The notes under the pieces: model-generated
The model's input: only the letters and a program-made list of their open reading frames with translations
Databases searched by the model: none
Told to the model about the DNA's origin: nothing
Source of the DNA: a bacterium
GTDB taxonomy: Bacteria > Zixibacteria > MSB-5A5 > GN15 > FEB-12
Assembly (NCBI GenBank): GCA_016708025.1
Contig: JADJGQ010000004.1
Location: forward strand, 196,903 to 260,902
Direction: 5' to 3'
Length of the DNA: 64,000 nt
In this document: one piece after another, positions 37,171 to 46,961 of the stretch
Layout of the letters: the number at the start of each line of letters is the position of its first letter
Position numbering within the stretch: the first letter of the stretch is position 1
Translations under genes and position numbers: made by a program

Positions 37171-38952
37171 CTAGACTGTCAGCAGACGGTTCTCGAATTT
37201 CTTGCGGCGGTCATAGGGAGTGATATCCGCCAACTCACCCCGTCTGACCCGACGTTTCATCTCTTTCCAGAAATCTGCCGTATAGAGGTCGCCGTGAATT
37301 CGGCGGAATATCCCCTTGAGTGGAAAAGGAATCCCGGAATACCGCTCGGTTTCATCGAGGAAGAAATCGTTTGGCATGGCGGCGATCCGGTCGGAATCAT
37401 CCTCTAACTCTTCCAGTTCGTTTTTCGGCGGCGGTTTGTGCCGGAAATTGACCTGTTCCAGGGGGCAGACATCATCGTAATCAAACAGCACCACTCTGCC
37501 GCGTCTCGTCACGCCGTAGTTCCAGATATTAAAGAGGTCTGACGGGAAGATCCCGATCGATGCGAGGTCTTTCAGGAAGTAACCGAAATCGATGACCACC
37601 CGCCGGATCGATTCTGCGTCCTGCTCTTCCATCAAATAGATAGGGAGTGGTGTCACTTTGCGTTGCAGGTAGAGATGGTGGATGACAACGTATTCCCGCT
37701 CAATACTGACTGCTCCGGACGCAGCGGTGGCGAATTCGTGCAGCAGGTCGGCGGAAAAGCGTTTCCGTTTGAAGCGGAGATTCTCGAACTCCTGGGTGTC
37801 GACCAGACGACCGACACGGTCGCGGTGACAAACAAATTCGTACTGTCTGACGATCTCTTCGCGAGTCGTGCGCTTGCTGGTGGTTTCTTCGCTCCGGAGA
37901 AAGCACGGGCGGTCCTTGATGATCTTAAAGACATAGCCCAAGTCGGGGAGGGTGAAGCCGATCATGACCGCGCCTTCTTTGCCGGGAGCGATAACAAACT
38001 TCTCCCGCGACTCATGCACGAACGAGTGCAGCATGCGATAGAACTCGGTTTTCCCATGTTTGGTGTAGCCTAGCGAAAAATAGAGATCTGAGAGAGGTTT
38101 GGACGGGAGGATCGAACGAAGAAACTCAATCAGTTCATGATGCCATTTGACCTGAACATGGAAGTAGCTGAAGGCAAAGCTGAAAACGATGGAAGCATCG
38201 ACCTCATCCAACAGGGCGGTATCGACATAAATGCCATCGAGACTATTATAGAGCGGGAGGATAAGGGGGAGCAAGTGACCATCAGCACGAATCCGTCCGA
38301 CAAGATAGGCGACCTTGTTGCGGAAAAACGGCGCCTTGATCATATCGATCTCAAACCCACCGCGATAGTGCATGATCGGCCAGACCCGCAGGTTGATTTC
38401 CTGGGAGACAAGTGTTGCATCGGCCTCAAGATCTCTGAATCTGGCCTCGAAGCCGAATTGCCGGAGAATATCCGCGATGACCTTTTCTGTCGGGCCGTTC
38501 ACGTGGTAGGTGCGGAATATCCGCCTGGACGGGTTCTTCTTGGGATTTGGGGTGCGCTGACTGAAGAACTCAACATCGCGGTTGATACCGACAGTCTGGA
38601 GGATCTTGCGGGTGGTGGAATTGAAGTAGGTTTCGGCGAGGTCGCGGTCGTAGCGTCCCCGGATCGCCGAGCGAAAACGTGATTTGATGAGACGCCAGAC
38701 CTGCGGGTCACGGAGTGAATCACCCAGGCATTGACTGAGCATCTGCTCGGCCAGATCGAGCGAGTTTTCGTAGAGGTCGAGGCGCATGGTGGCGATCCGC
38801 TGGCGTTCTTTCCAGTCGCGTTGCTCGAATGTGAGGCGGGACATTCCGGTCAAGCGCTCGAAATCGGCACGATGTTCCTCATGCATGGCGAGGATAAGAT
38901 GTGCGGCATGGGAGACGGTGGTTGTGGACGGAAACTGCGTTGAGCGCGCCAT
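37171..38952 (-). CDS. aceK: isocitrate dehydrogenase kinase/phosphatase
   Basis: 593 aa, collinear with E. coli AceK. FKIIKDRP...HRDRVGRLVDTQEFENL matches FKVIKDRF...EHDRVGRMADTQEFENF, and NYGVTRRGRVVLFDYDDV matches NFGVTRHGRVVFYDYDEI. Confidence 0.9.
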   Translation of the reverse strand: MARSTQFPSTTTVSHAAHLILAMHEEHRADFERLTGMSRLTFEQRDWKERQRIATMRLDLYENSLDLAEQMLSQCLGDSLRDPQVWRLIKSRFRSAIRGRYDRDLAETYFNSTTRKILQTVGINRDVEFFSQRTPNPKKNPSRRIFRTYHVNGPTEKVIADILRQFGFEARFRDLEADATLVSQEINLRVWPIMHYRGGFEIDMIKAPFFRNKVAYLVGRIRADGHLLPLILPLYNSLDGIYVDTALLDEVDASIVFSFAFSYFHVQVKWHHELIEFLRSILPSKPLSDLYFSLGYTKHGKTEFYRMLHSFVHESREKFVIAPGKEGAVMIGFTLPDLGYVFKIIKDRPCFLRSEETTSKRTTREEIVRQYEFVCHRDRVGRLVDTQEFENLRFKRKRFSADLLHEFATAASGAVSIEREYVVIHHLYLQRKVTPLPIYLMEEQDAESIRRVVIDFGYFLKDLASIGIFPSDLFNIWNYGVTRRGRVVLFDYDDVCPLEQVNFRHKPPPKNELEELEDDSDRIAAMPNDFFLDETERYSGIPFPLKGIFRRIHGDLYTADFWKEMKRRVRRGELADITPYDRRKKFENRLLTV

Positions 38953-39042
38953 ACGACCTCCTCGACATGGTCAGAAGTGTCCATATTTAATATAGGTCGT
39001 TAAGTGTTGCTCAGCAATAGGACTGTGTGAAGAGGGGGCGGG

Positions 39043-39378
39043 TTAGCGACTTCGTTCCGGGTCCGGGAAATCACGGTAGAGGGCTGCCTGGGTCCGACTA
39101 CAGGCGGCATACACCGGGATATGGAGCCGTTCGATCTCGCCGGTTCGACTGGCAACGGTGCCGAAGGCGGCATCCAGTTGAGCCAGATCGCGGGTTGCGA
39201 CGACTATATGAAACTCCCCAAGCGTTTCCGGGCCAAAGCCGAATTTCCGGCGAGTGAGGGTGAAAGACTCGATCTGGCCACGCTTTTGCAGATTTCCGAG
39301 GTAAGCGTCGACCGCATCGCAGAACTCGAGGTCTTTGTGGCTCTCTTTGAGGTCGGCCCAGATATGGAGGTAGTTCAT
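39043..39378 (-). CDS. conserved hypothetical 111-aa protein (tandem paralog B)
   Basis: MNYLHIWADLKESHKDLEFCD...ALYRDFPD. By my hand alignment, 71 of 111 residues are identical to the upstream gene. Confidence 0.7.
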   Translation of the reverse strand: MNYLHIWADLKESHKDLEFCDAVDAYLGNLQKRGQIESFTLTRRKFGFGPETLGEFHIVVATRDLAQLDAAFGTVASRTGEIERLHIPVYAACSRTQAALYRDFPDPERSR

Positions 39379-39710
39379 CGGACTCTCTCCTTGTCCGGGA
39401 AATCACGGTAGAGGGCAGACCGGAAATCGGTCACGGCGCTATAGACCTTGCGGTGCAGGTCCTCAATCTCTCCCGTGCGACGGGCCACTACGGAGAAGGC
39501 GGATTCCAGTTGGGGGAGGTCACGAACTTGGATCACAATATGGAACTCTCCGAGATCCGATGGTCCAAAGCCAAACTTGCGCCGGGTGATAGTATATCCC
39601 TCGATGGCCTGCTGTGATCTCAGCGCCCCCAGATAGCCATGCACATTGTCGCAGAACTCAAGGTCGCGATGGCTGTCCTTCAGATTGACCCAGATATGGT
39701 AGTAGTTCAC
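39375..39710 (-). CDS. conserved hypothetical 111-aa protein (tandem paralog A)
   Basis: MNYYHIWVNLKDSHRDLEFCD...ALYRDFPD. It overlaps paralog B by 4 nt (ATGA). Confidence 0.7.
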   Translation of the reverse strand: MNYYHIWVNLKDSHRDLEFCDNVHGYLGALRSQQAIEGYTITRRKFGFGPSDLGEFHIVIQVRDLPQLESAFSVVARRTGEIEDLHRKVYSAVTDFRSALYRDFPDKERVR

Positions 39711-39946
39711 CTTGTCCTCTGTCGGTAGTGTGTGAGGAGGGAATATGCGATAAAGAGGGGAGGTTCGTCCAGTGGTTTCAACGACAGATTTAATCTTGAT
39801 TGGGCAAGGGGGTTGCGCCAGGTCCGCGGATGTGTATCTTGTAGGTGCAATATCTTCGCACGCAAAACGTAACGGCTCAGGCCGCTTGATATAGAAGGTT
39901 CGGGCGCAGGAAAGCGCCAGATTGGACAGATACTGGGAGGTATCCG

Positions 39947-40504
39947 ATGCGTGCGTTCTCCATTCTGCTCTTTATGTTTGCTCTGTTGATGGTTTGCGCC
40001 TGCCAGCCATCGCTCCTGCCATTTTTCTCCACCCTTGATGAGGTCGGCATCCCCAGCATGGTCGGATCATGGGTGGAGGTTGGTGACGATGCACCACCGA
40101 CGGTCTGGTCGATTGTGGGGGATTCCAACGGATATCAAGTGACCGCGATCGAGGACAGTACACAGAAGGAGTATGAGATCCACGCCTTCAAGTTGGGGGA
40201 TCTCTATTTTCTGGATATCGTGCAGGAGATGACCTGGTCGCAGGATGCGCTCAATGGTGATCTCTTTTTGCAGCAGCATCTGGTCGCCCGGGTTATTCCG
40301 TTTGCTGACAGCATGCAGATCGGCATTTTGAATAGCGAGTGGTGCGCGGAGATGATCGACGAGGAGGAGATACGCGTCCCGTTTGTGGTGATGGAATCAG
40401 GCTATCTGTTGACCGCTAGTGCTGAGCAGATTCGTCCGATGCTGATCAAATATGGGGATGATCCGGATGCATTTCCGCTGGTGACTATGTATCGCCAGCC
40501 GTGA
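39947..40504 (+). CDS. hypothetical lipoprotein
   Basis: Signal peptide MRAFSILLFMFALLMVCAC with lipobox-like Cys residues. No recognised domain. Confidence 0.5.
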   Translation: MRAFSILLFMFALLMVCACQPSLLPFFSTLDEVGIPSMVGSWVEVGDDAPPTVWSIVGDSNGYQVTAIEDSTQKEYEIHAFKLGDLYFLDIVQEMTWSQDALNGDLFLQQHLVARVIPFADSMQIGILNSEWCAEMIDEEEIRVPFVVMESGYLLTASAEQIRPMLIKYGDDPDAFPLVTMYRQP

Positions 40505-41107
40505 TCAGCTCTGCTGATTGAGTCGTGCGATGATCAGATCGCGGGCCGCCTGGAGGGCCCGTCCGCGATGTGAAACCTGGTTCTTTTCGTCGAGAGACAT
40601 TTCCGAAAAGCACTTATTGAGCGGGGGATAGAAGAAGACAGGGTCATATCCAAACCCTCTGTCGCCAATCACGGTAGTCGTGATGAGTCCTTCCGCGACT
40701 CCTTCGACTGTGTCGACTGAACCATCTTCCCAGATTATGGCAATAACGCAGCGGAAGCGGGCTGTCCGCTTTTCCTGTGGGACGCCAGCCAGTTCAAGCA
40801 GCAGTTTGGTGTAATTATCTTTGTACGTAACGTTTTCGCCGGCGTAGCGGGAGGAGTAGACGCCGGGGGCGCCATTGAGCGCGTCAACTTCAAGACCGCT
40901 GTCATCGGCCAGAGCCGGAAGTTCGCAGAATTCGGCGATAGCGCGCGCTTTGAGAATGGCGTTTTCAATTAGCGTGCTGCCGGTCTCTTCGGGGTCAGGA
41001 AAATCAAGGAAATCGTCAGCGGTCAGGATTGTGACCGGAAGCTCTTCCAGCAGATGTTTGATCTCTTTGACTTTGTCGCGATTGTTGGTGGCGAGGACTA
41101 GCTGCAT
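40505..41107 (-). CDS. rdgB: dITP/XTP pyrophosphatase (RdgB/HAM1 family)
   Basis: LVLATNNRDKVKEI, ETGSTLIENAILKA, ADDSGLEVDALNGAPGVYSSRYAG and GFGYDPVF motifs are present. Confidence 0.9.
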   Translation of the reverse strand: MQLVLATNNRDKVKEIKHLLEELPVTILTADDFLDFPDPEETGSTLIENAILKARAIAEFCELPALADDSGLEVDALNGAPGVYSSRYAGENVTYKDNYTKLLLELAGVPQEKRTARFRCVIAIIWEDGSVDTVEGVAEGLITTTVIGDRGFGYDPVFFYPPLNKCFSEMSLDEKNQVSHRGRALQAARDLIIARLNQQS

Positions 41108-41115
41108 ATCACTTT

Positions 41116-41739
41116 TCAGCGTTGAGTGACGATCGTGAGAGTTGGCAGGTCAAAGATATCCGATGGGGCGATGACTGGTTCTTCAAGTGGGACGTTGTCG
41201 CCATAGCGACGTCTGAGCTGTTCTTTGACGATCGGATGGTCGAACTTGTATTCTTTCAGTTTACGCAGTGTGCCGAGATCGATCCCGACCGCATGATAGA
41301 TCTTCCAGACCAGCTCCGAGCAATACAACTGGTCATCGGACCAGTTGAACTGACCATCGTAATTCCGTCCAACAAATCTATCGGCGGCGACGCGCATGCT
41401 GTCGATCTTCGCCCTGGTCAAAATCGAGTCTGCACTTGCAAGACGTTTGACGACGAACTTTTGCTCAGCGCCCCGGGCGATGAACTCTTCGTAGGTTGAA
41501 TAGCGGACTGTCCCGCCCGCCTCGATCACCCACGGTTTGCCATCGCGAATAAAGATCAGCCCCATGTGGGTGATCTCCGAGCCGGTGACCAGTGAGATCG
41601 CCTGACTCAAATTGGAGAGCGAACGGTGGAAAACGATATCACCATCACGAAGAACCGCTGTTGAGTCAGCGGCCGAACCGGATACAACGAGAGAGAGGAG
41701 AAGCAGGAGAGAGAAAAGGGAAAGTCTGCAGTGTTTCAT
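41116..41739 (-). CDS. YiiX-family permuted papain-like (NlpC/P60 superfamily) hydrolase
   Basis: Signal peptide present. HMGLIF and the catalytic-Cys context LYCSELVWKIY are typical of YiiX-like proteins. Confidence 0.65.
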   Translation of the reverse strand: MKHCRLSLFSLLLLLSLVVSGSAADSTAVLRDGDIVFHRSLSNLSQAISLVTGSEITHMGLIFIRDGKPWVIEAGGTVRYSTYEEFIARGAEQKFVVKRLASADSILTRAKIDSMRVAADRFVGRNYDGQFNWSDDQLYCSELVWKIYHAVGIDLGTLRKLKEYKFDHPIVKEQLRRRYGDNVPLEEPVIAPSDIFDLPTLTIVTQR

Positions 41740-41749
41740 CTAGGCGTCC

Positions 41750-42568
41750 CTAGTACCTGCTGATATCCACGCGGGTGATATTGTCGACTACTTCGCCAAG
41801 GAAACGGGTCGCTACAGAAGAGAATTTCTCGGGGACATCGGAGACGAAAAACTTGTGCTCGCCCGGAAGGTTGTGCCCTTTGTCTGTGGCGGCATTAAGC
41901 AGATGTTCACTCTGCATCAAGTCGCGGGCAACGCGGGCGGTCTCCTCGCCGGAGTCGATCAGCATCACTCGATCCCCCATAACATCGGCGATCACATGCT
42001 TGAGCAGTGGATAATGGGTACAGCCAAGGATCAGGGTGTCGACATCAACATCCTTCATAGTTTTGAGATAATCTCTGGCGATCAGGTAGGTTGCTTCTTT
42101 GTTGATATACCCTTCCTCGACCAGCGGGACGAAGAGGGGACAGGCGAGGGAGAAGACCTTGATCTTGGGGTCGATCTCATGAATGGTCCGTGCATATGAA
42201 TTGGAGCTGATCGTGGCGACCGTGCCGATAACGCCGATCCGCCCGGACTGAGTTCGCGCGACTGCCGCTTTTGCGCCCGGTTCGATCACGCCGATCATCT
42301 GAACATCGGAGCCCTTGCGGACTTCGTCGAGGGCGACCGCAGAGGCGGTATTGCAGGCACAGATGATGAACTTTACATGGTGCTCCATCAGGAAGGCGAC
42401 ATCCTGATGCGTGAAGCTGGTGATGATCTCTTTGGAACGTCCACCATAGGGGGCCCTGCCAACATCGCCAAAGTAGATGACATCCTCATGCGGGAGGATC
42501 TTGAAGAGTTCGCGGGCAACCGTCAGGCCGCCGACGCCGGAATCAAAAACACCAATTGGTAGTTCCAT
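41750..42568 (-). CDS. murI: glutamate racemase
   Basis: IGVFDSGVGGLTV, CACNTASA and LGCTHYPLL motifs are present. Confidence 0.9.
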   Translation of the reverse strand: MELPIGVFDSGVGGLTVARELFKILPHEDVIYFGDVGRAPYGGRSKEIITSFTHQDVAFLMEHHVKFIICACNTASAVALDEVRKGSDVQMIGVIEPGAKAAVARTQSGRIGVIGTVATISSNSYARTIHEIDPKIKVFSLACPLFVPLVEEGYINKEATYLIARDYLKTMKDVDVDTLILGCTHYPLLKHVIADVMGDRVMLIDSGEETARVARDLMQSEHLLNAATDKGHNLPGEHKFFVSDVPEKFSSVATRFLGEVVDNITRVDISRY

Positions 42569-42576
42569 CTGGTCAC

Positions 42577-44148
42577 TTACTCTTTGTCTGCGGGGCCGTT
42601 ATATTTGGCGGCAAATTCCTTGATTGCCTCGAAAACTCCGGTCGCGACTTTCTTTTGGTAGGCCGGGCTTTTCAGTAGTTTGACCTCGGCTCGATTTGAA
42701 ATGAAGGCTGACTCCACCAGCACGGACGGCGTGAAGACTTTGTTCAGAACGAAAAATCCAGCCTGGTCAACGCCGCGTGCAGGAGTCTCCAACGATTTGC
42801 GGAACTGGCGGTCGATCATCAGGGCGAATTCGTGTGATTCGGCCTGGAATTCGGTCATCAGCATTTCATTAAGGATCCCCATGATTGGATCCTCGAGCGA
42901 CATTCCGCTATCCATCTCTTCGGCTTCTTCATTCTCTTGCGATTCTTCGCCAGGGGTAGCCTGCATTTCACGAACGAAATAGCTGTTTTCCAGTTGTTCG
43001 ACTGCCCGCGCGGAGTCGTTTTTCGCCGGCGCGAGGAAAAAGACATTCCAGCCATTCGCTTTGCGACTGGGAGAGGCATTCGCGTGGATAGAAATAAACA
43101 GGTCAGCACCCGCGCGATTGGCGATATCAGCACGTTCCTGAAGAGTCAGATAGGTATCGGAGTTGCGGGTCATAATCACTTTGAAACGACCATCGGCGCG
43201 GATCAGATCGGCTAGTTGGCGGGCGATCGCCAGAGCAACATCTTTTTCCCGCGTTTTGTCCGGACCGATCGCGCCATAATCTTTGCCGCCATGTCCGGCA
43301 TCAACCACGATGACGTCAATTGTATTGTCGATAGTGGGAGTTTTCGGTTGTCCTGATCCGCCCGGAGCTTTGGTGGAATCGATCTGGAAAGTGACATCCG
43401 GAACGGATATCTGGATGCGGGTCGGCTCCTGGACCAGTTTGTGATGGGTCGTTTTGACTTGTTGCAGACCCTGGCGAACCTGGAAGCTGATCTGGGCGAC
43501 GCCGTCTTCCTGGATCGCCTGAAGCTTGACCAGCAGGCGCGAGTCGAGGCGGGATTCGATCTTTCCGATATTCAGCTTTCCATTGCGGATCGAGACATTG
43601 ATCCAGTTTCCTTCGGTCACAAAGACGCTATAGGCGAGTGGGTCGCTCAGCATGATCTCGATCAGCAGTCCGTTCGCTTTCGCCGAGAAAGCAATATCAG
43701 TGATATTGTATTTCCCCTTTTCCAGACTGACTTTGGAGTCCTTTTTGTCGAAGCGGATCCGTTCGGCAGAGATGCGATCGACAAACGGCATAAAAGTCTC
43801 GGCAGGGAGGTAGATATCTCCCTCCTTATATTCTGTGGCGTAGATCAGGTTGAAGAGGGAATCGTTCAGCCGAAAATAGGGAGAACCGATGAGAAAGGCG
43901 AAGCGGTAGCTTCCGACGACATAGCCGACCTCGTGTCCGGGGATCTCCCAGTCGACCACTCCGGAAATGACTCGCGACAACGAGACCAGGGAGAGGTATT
44001 CGACGCCGTCATGATTGTACGAGGCGATCTCAACCTCGCCTTCGGCAGACGCAATCTTGATCTTGGCAGAAAGCGATACTGTCAGCAAGAGGATGACGAG
44101 CAACGTGACCAGTGGCAGGGTCAGGCGTAAGCGAGAGGGGATTATCAT
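42577..44148 (-). CDS. N-acetylmuramoyl-L-alanine amidase (Amidase_3) with N-terminal AMIN-like domains
   Basis: The C-terminal catalytic domain carries VVDAGHGGKDYGA, ISIHANA and a SVLVESAFISN-type motif. N-terminal signal/TM present. Confidence 0.85.
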   Translation of the reverse strand: MIIPSRLRLTLPLVTLLVILLLTVSLSAKIKIASAEGEVEIASYNHDGVEYLSLVSLSRVISGVVDWEIPGHEVGYVVGSYRFAFLIGSPYFRLNDSLFNLIYATEYKEGDIYLPAETFMPFVDRISAERIRFDKKDSKVSLEKGKYNITDIAFSAKANGLLIEIMLSDPLAYSVFVTEGNWINVSIRNGKLNIGKIESRLDSRLLVKLQAIQEDGVAQISFQVRQGLQQVKTTHHKLVQEPTRIQISVPDVTFQIDSTKAPGGSGQPKTPTIDNTIDVIVVDAGHGGKDYGAIGPDKTREKDVALAIARQLADLIRADGRFKVIMTRNSDTYLTLQERADIANRAGADLFISIHANASPSRKANGWNVFFLAPAKNDSARAVEQLENSYFVREMQATPGEESQENEEAEEMDSGMSLEDPIMGILNEMLMTEFQAESHEFALMIDRQFRKSLETPARGVDQAGFFVLNKVFTPSVLVESAFISNRAEVKLLKSPAYQKKVATGVFEAIKEFAAKYNGPADKE

Positions 44149-44624
44149 TCGGGTCGTTTCAAATTCCTGAGAGTTGCGCGGTTGATCCTGCGCTTGGCAT
44201 CGGCTTCAGCGATCGCCTGGCGCTTGTCATACGTTTTACGTCCAATCCCAAGGCCAAGTTCAACTTTGGCGTGCTTTCCCTTGAAGTAGAGGGAAAGGGG
44301 GACTAGGGTCATCCCTTTCTGTTCGGTGCGGGCGAACAGCTTGCGGATCTCTTTCTTGTGCAGCAGCAACCGTCGTGGCCGGAGGGGGTCGATCTCCTGG
44401 TGGGTGGACATTTTGTATGGGTTGATGTGCATACTGATCAGCATAACAGACCCGTTCTGGACGATGGCGTAGGCCTCGTTTAGGCTGACTTTGCCCTCAC
44501 GAATCGACTTAACCTCGCTCCCCCGAAGCTCGATCCCGGCCTCGTAGGTATCGACTATCTCGTACTCGTGCCGTGCTTTACGGTTACGGGTGACGATCTG
44601 GATGTCATCCTTGTCGGTCTGCAT
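44145..44624 (-). CDS. smpB: SsrA-binding protein SmpB
   Basis: Trimmed to the ATG at 44624. NRKARHEYEI...GIELRGSEVKSIR...LLLHKKEI are classic SmpB blocks. Confidence 0.9.
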   Translation of the reverse strand: MQTDKDDIQIVTRNRKARHEYEIVDTYEAGIELRGSEVKSIREGKVSLNEAYAIVQNGSVMLISMHINPYKMSTHQEIDPLRPRRLLLHKKEIRKLFARTEQKGMTLVPLSLYFKGKHAKVELGLGIGRKTYDKRQAIAEADAKRRINRATLRNLKRPE

Positions 44625-44809
44625 AGCGGCAAGAATACCGGGCAGGCAGGCCATTGGCAACGAAAAAGACCAGAACCGACAAGATGGGGTATCCCACTGT
44701 CGTTTGGGAAAATAGGGGATGGTGGCTTCAAAAAACCGGACAAACTGACGACATTAATAGTACCGGGCGAACAGAAACGCCTTTTGGTAAAGGGGTATGG
44801 AGGAGACGC

Positions 44810-45187
44810 ATGACTACCGGTTCAGGGAAAAAGATCCTGGTGGTAGATGACGATCCGGCAATCAGTGGATTGATTTCCGCGATTCTTGGCAAGGATGGAT
44901 ATTCGGTGATAGTCGCGAATTGCGGCTCCGATGGGGTCCGCAAAGCAGGCGAAGAGCATCCGAAACTGGTTTTGATGGATATCACGATGCCGGATATGGA
45001 TGGATACGAGGCAACTCGTCTGATCAAGTCGGCTCCGGACATGAAGGATATTCCGGTGATATTTTTGACGGGACGGTCGGCCAGCGAAGATGGCGGCCGC
45101 GCATTTACGTCGGGCGGATTGACGTTCATGCGGAAGCCGTTTACCGCCCAGCAGTTGCGGGACCTGGTCTCGCTGGCGGTGCAATAG
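44810..45187 (+). CDS. single-domain CheY-like response regulator
   Basis: Trimmed to the ATG at 44810, with GGAGGAG upstream. KILVVDDD, LVLMDITMPDMDG and the conserved Lys context (RKPF) are present. Confidence 0.85.
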   Translation: MTTGSGKKILVVDDDPAISGLISAILGKDGYSVIVANCGSDGVRKAGEEHPKLVLMDITMPDMDGYEATRLIKSAPDMKDIPVIFLTGRSASEDGGRAFTSGGLTFMRKPFTAQQLRDLVSLAVQ

Positions 45188-45269
45188 TCTGCAGCCATGA
45201 GGCTAAACCAATGTTGGCTTCGTGCCGATACTTAATTCATGCAGCAACTGACAAGGACGGTCCCAGAGC

Positions 45270-45671
45270 ATGTCGTATAAGATAAAGATTCAGACCGCCA
45301 AAGTGCTTGTCGTGGATGACGAGCCTGAGATCACCGATATCGTCGAGACGTTTCTTGCCGAGGCGGGTTACACCGTCACCGTGGAGAATCACTCGCGTCA
45401 GGCGATCGCGAAAGCGAAAGAGTTCAAGCCCGATGTCGTGATCCTGGATATCATGATGCCGGACATCGATGGTTACGCTATCTGTCAGGAGATCAAGCAG
45501 GATCCCGCGCTGGCCAGCGTACCGATCATTTTCCTGACCGGTAAAGACCGGAATGATGACATGGGCCGTTCGTTCAAAGCCGGCGGAGACATGTTCATCA
45601 AAAAGCCGTTCTCCTGCGAACGGCTCCTTGAGATCGTTAATCTCGTCGTTATGTCGACCTCGCGCCACTGA
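45270..45671 (+). CDS. single-domain CheY-like response regulator
   Basis: KVLVVDDE, VVILDIMMPDIDG, FLTGK and KKPF motifs are present. Confidence 0.85.
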   Translation: MSYKIKIQTAKVLVVDDEPEITDIVETFLAEAGYTVTVENHSRQAIAKAKEFKPDVVILDIMMPDIDGYAICQEIKQDPALASVPIIFLTGKDRNDDMGRSFKAGGDMFIKKPFSCERLLEIVNLVVMSTSRH

Positions 45672-45702
45672 TCGCGGGGTCGTTCAGTTTCCCACCGTAA
45701 TT

Positions 45703-46704
45703 CTATCTGACAGCATCTGCCAGCTCATCGAGGAATTTCTGTTCTTCGACGCCGTGCATTTTACAAGCCATACTGACTGATTCAAACGCCTGTCCCGGAC
45801 AATCAAAACAACCCGAGCCAAAGTATCGCTGAAAGACGGCACGTGCTTCCGGATAGTTCTGCAGTACTTCGCCGATCATGGATGATCCATCAACCTGCGG
45901 CGACCCTGTTTTAGTTATCTTGATCCCGGCCTCTTCCAGATGGCGTTCGAGCGAATCGATCATTCCAGCCATATCGAGACCGTGATTCCGGCAGGCCATG
46001 CCGATCGTTACTCCCATCATTCTCACTTTGTCTATATGGCCCGGGAGCGCCAGCGAGGATAACCCTTTTGCAATGAGCAATTCTTTGACCGAGGGGACCA
46101 GATCGACCAGATCGGATACGCGTGAATGTTGCGACACGGTGACAGTTACTGCGGGCCGGGCTTCGGGTAGGGGTGTCCGAGTCGGTGGCGCCACGGCCAC
46201 TACCTGCGGGGACGGTGACTTTTGCACGACTATATTCGGTTGGAGTGCCGGTGCCGGTTTTTGCTGGAGAGTTGCCCAGATATTGATGACAAACATCAGG
46301 ATCGAAACCAATTGCAGTGTGGCAAAGATCTCAAAGCCGATTTCAAGCGATCGATTGTCCATTTGCAGCGCGAATCCCTTGGTCAGGACCATGCCGACCA
46401 GGCTGAGATTGCCGAGCCAGAAATGAACGGCGATCCATCCGGGGAAGCGAATGTCCGCGCCGTTGAATCGCGGGAGGATGAAGTAGCCGATGCCGAAAAC
46501 CATCATCGACATAAATCCCGCAAGGTTAAAGTGGGTATGCGCGTACTTGGCAAAATAGGCGAGACTGGGCAATGAGTTGAACATCGCAAGAATCGAACCG
46601 ATCGCCAGGTAGGCGACTGAGGCGTAGATAAACCGTTTCATATACGGGGTCATGCTGATCTCCTGAATCGTAACGTTGAGCGGAAGATCGGATGGTTGTT
46701 GCAC
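45703..46704 (-). CDS. membrane protein (about 4 TM with an HTH histidine pair) fused to two DUF1858-like redox-disulfide domains
   Basis: The N-terminal ~150 aa are hydrophobic (AHTHFNLAGFMSMMVFGIGYFILPRF). A Pro-rich linker follows. The C-terminus carries two helical DUF1858-type modules, the last with GCFDCPG. The start codon is uncertain. Confidence 0.5.
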   Translation of the reverse strand: MQQPSDLPLNVTIQEISMTPYMKRFIYASVAYLAIGSILAMFNSLPSLAYFAKYAHTHFNLAGFMSMMVFGIGYFILPRFNGADIRFPGWIAVHFWLGNLSLVGMVLTKGFALQMDNRSLEIGFEIFATLQLVSILMFVINIWATLQQKPAPALQPNIVVQKSPSPQVVAVAPPTRTPLPEARPAVTVTVSQHSRVSDLVDLVPSVKELLIAKGLSSLALPGHIDKVRMMGVTIGMACRNHGLDMAGMIDSLERHLEEAGIKITKTGSPQVDGSSMIGEVLQNYPEARAVFQRYFGSGCFDCPGQAFESVSMACKMHGVEEQKFLDELADAVR

Positions 46705-46961
46705 GAAGTCCTTGATTTAGGTCAAACCGGGCGGTTATAGGCGCAAAAACAGGGAGTTAGCCTCAGTCGCAGAGGGAAATGACGGTCAAACATAGACTTA
46801 ACTGGGCCAATATTTTGTTTAAGAACGGCGCCCCGCCGGTCGAACAGGTGTATAAGGATTAGTCACGACAATCGCTCGATTAATCAGCGTTTCTTGGTAA
46901 TTGTGTATTCTCCCAGCAAGTCCGGGTACTGGTTCAACCGCCTTTTAGCAAGGAGGAAGGA

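Noticed and set aside
44625-44809. tmRNA (ssrA) adjacent to smpB
   Set aside because: The intergenic region is only about 185 nt. It lacks the tRNA-like GGGG...5' end, a T-arm/ACCA 3' end and a tag-peptide ORF.
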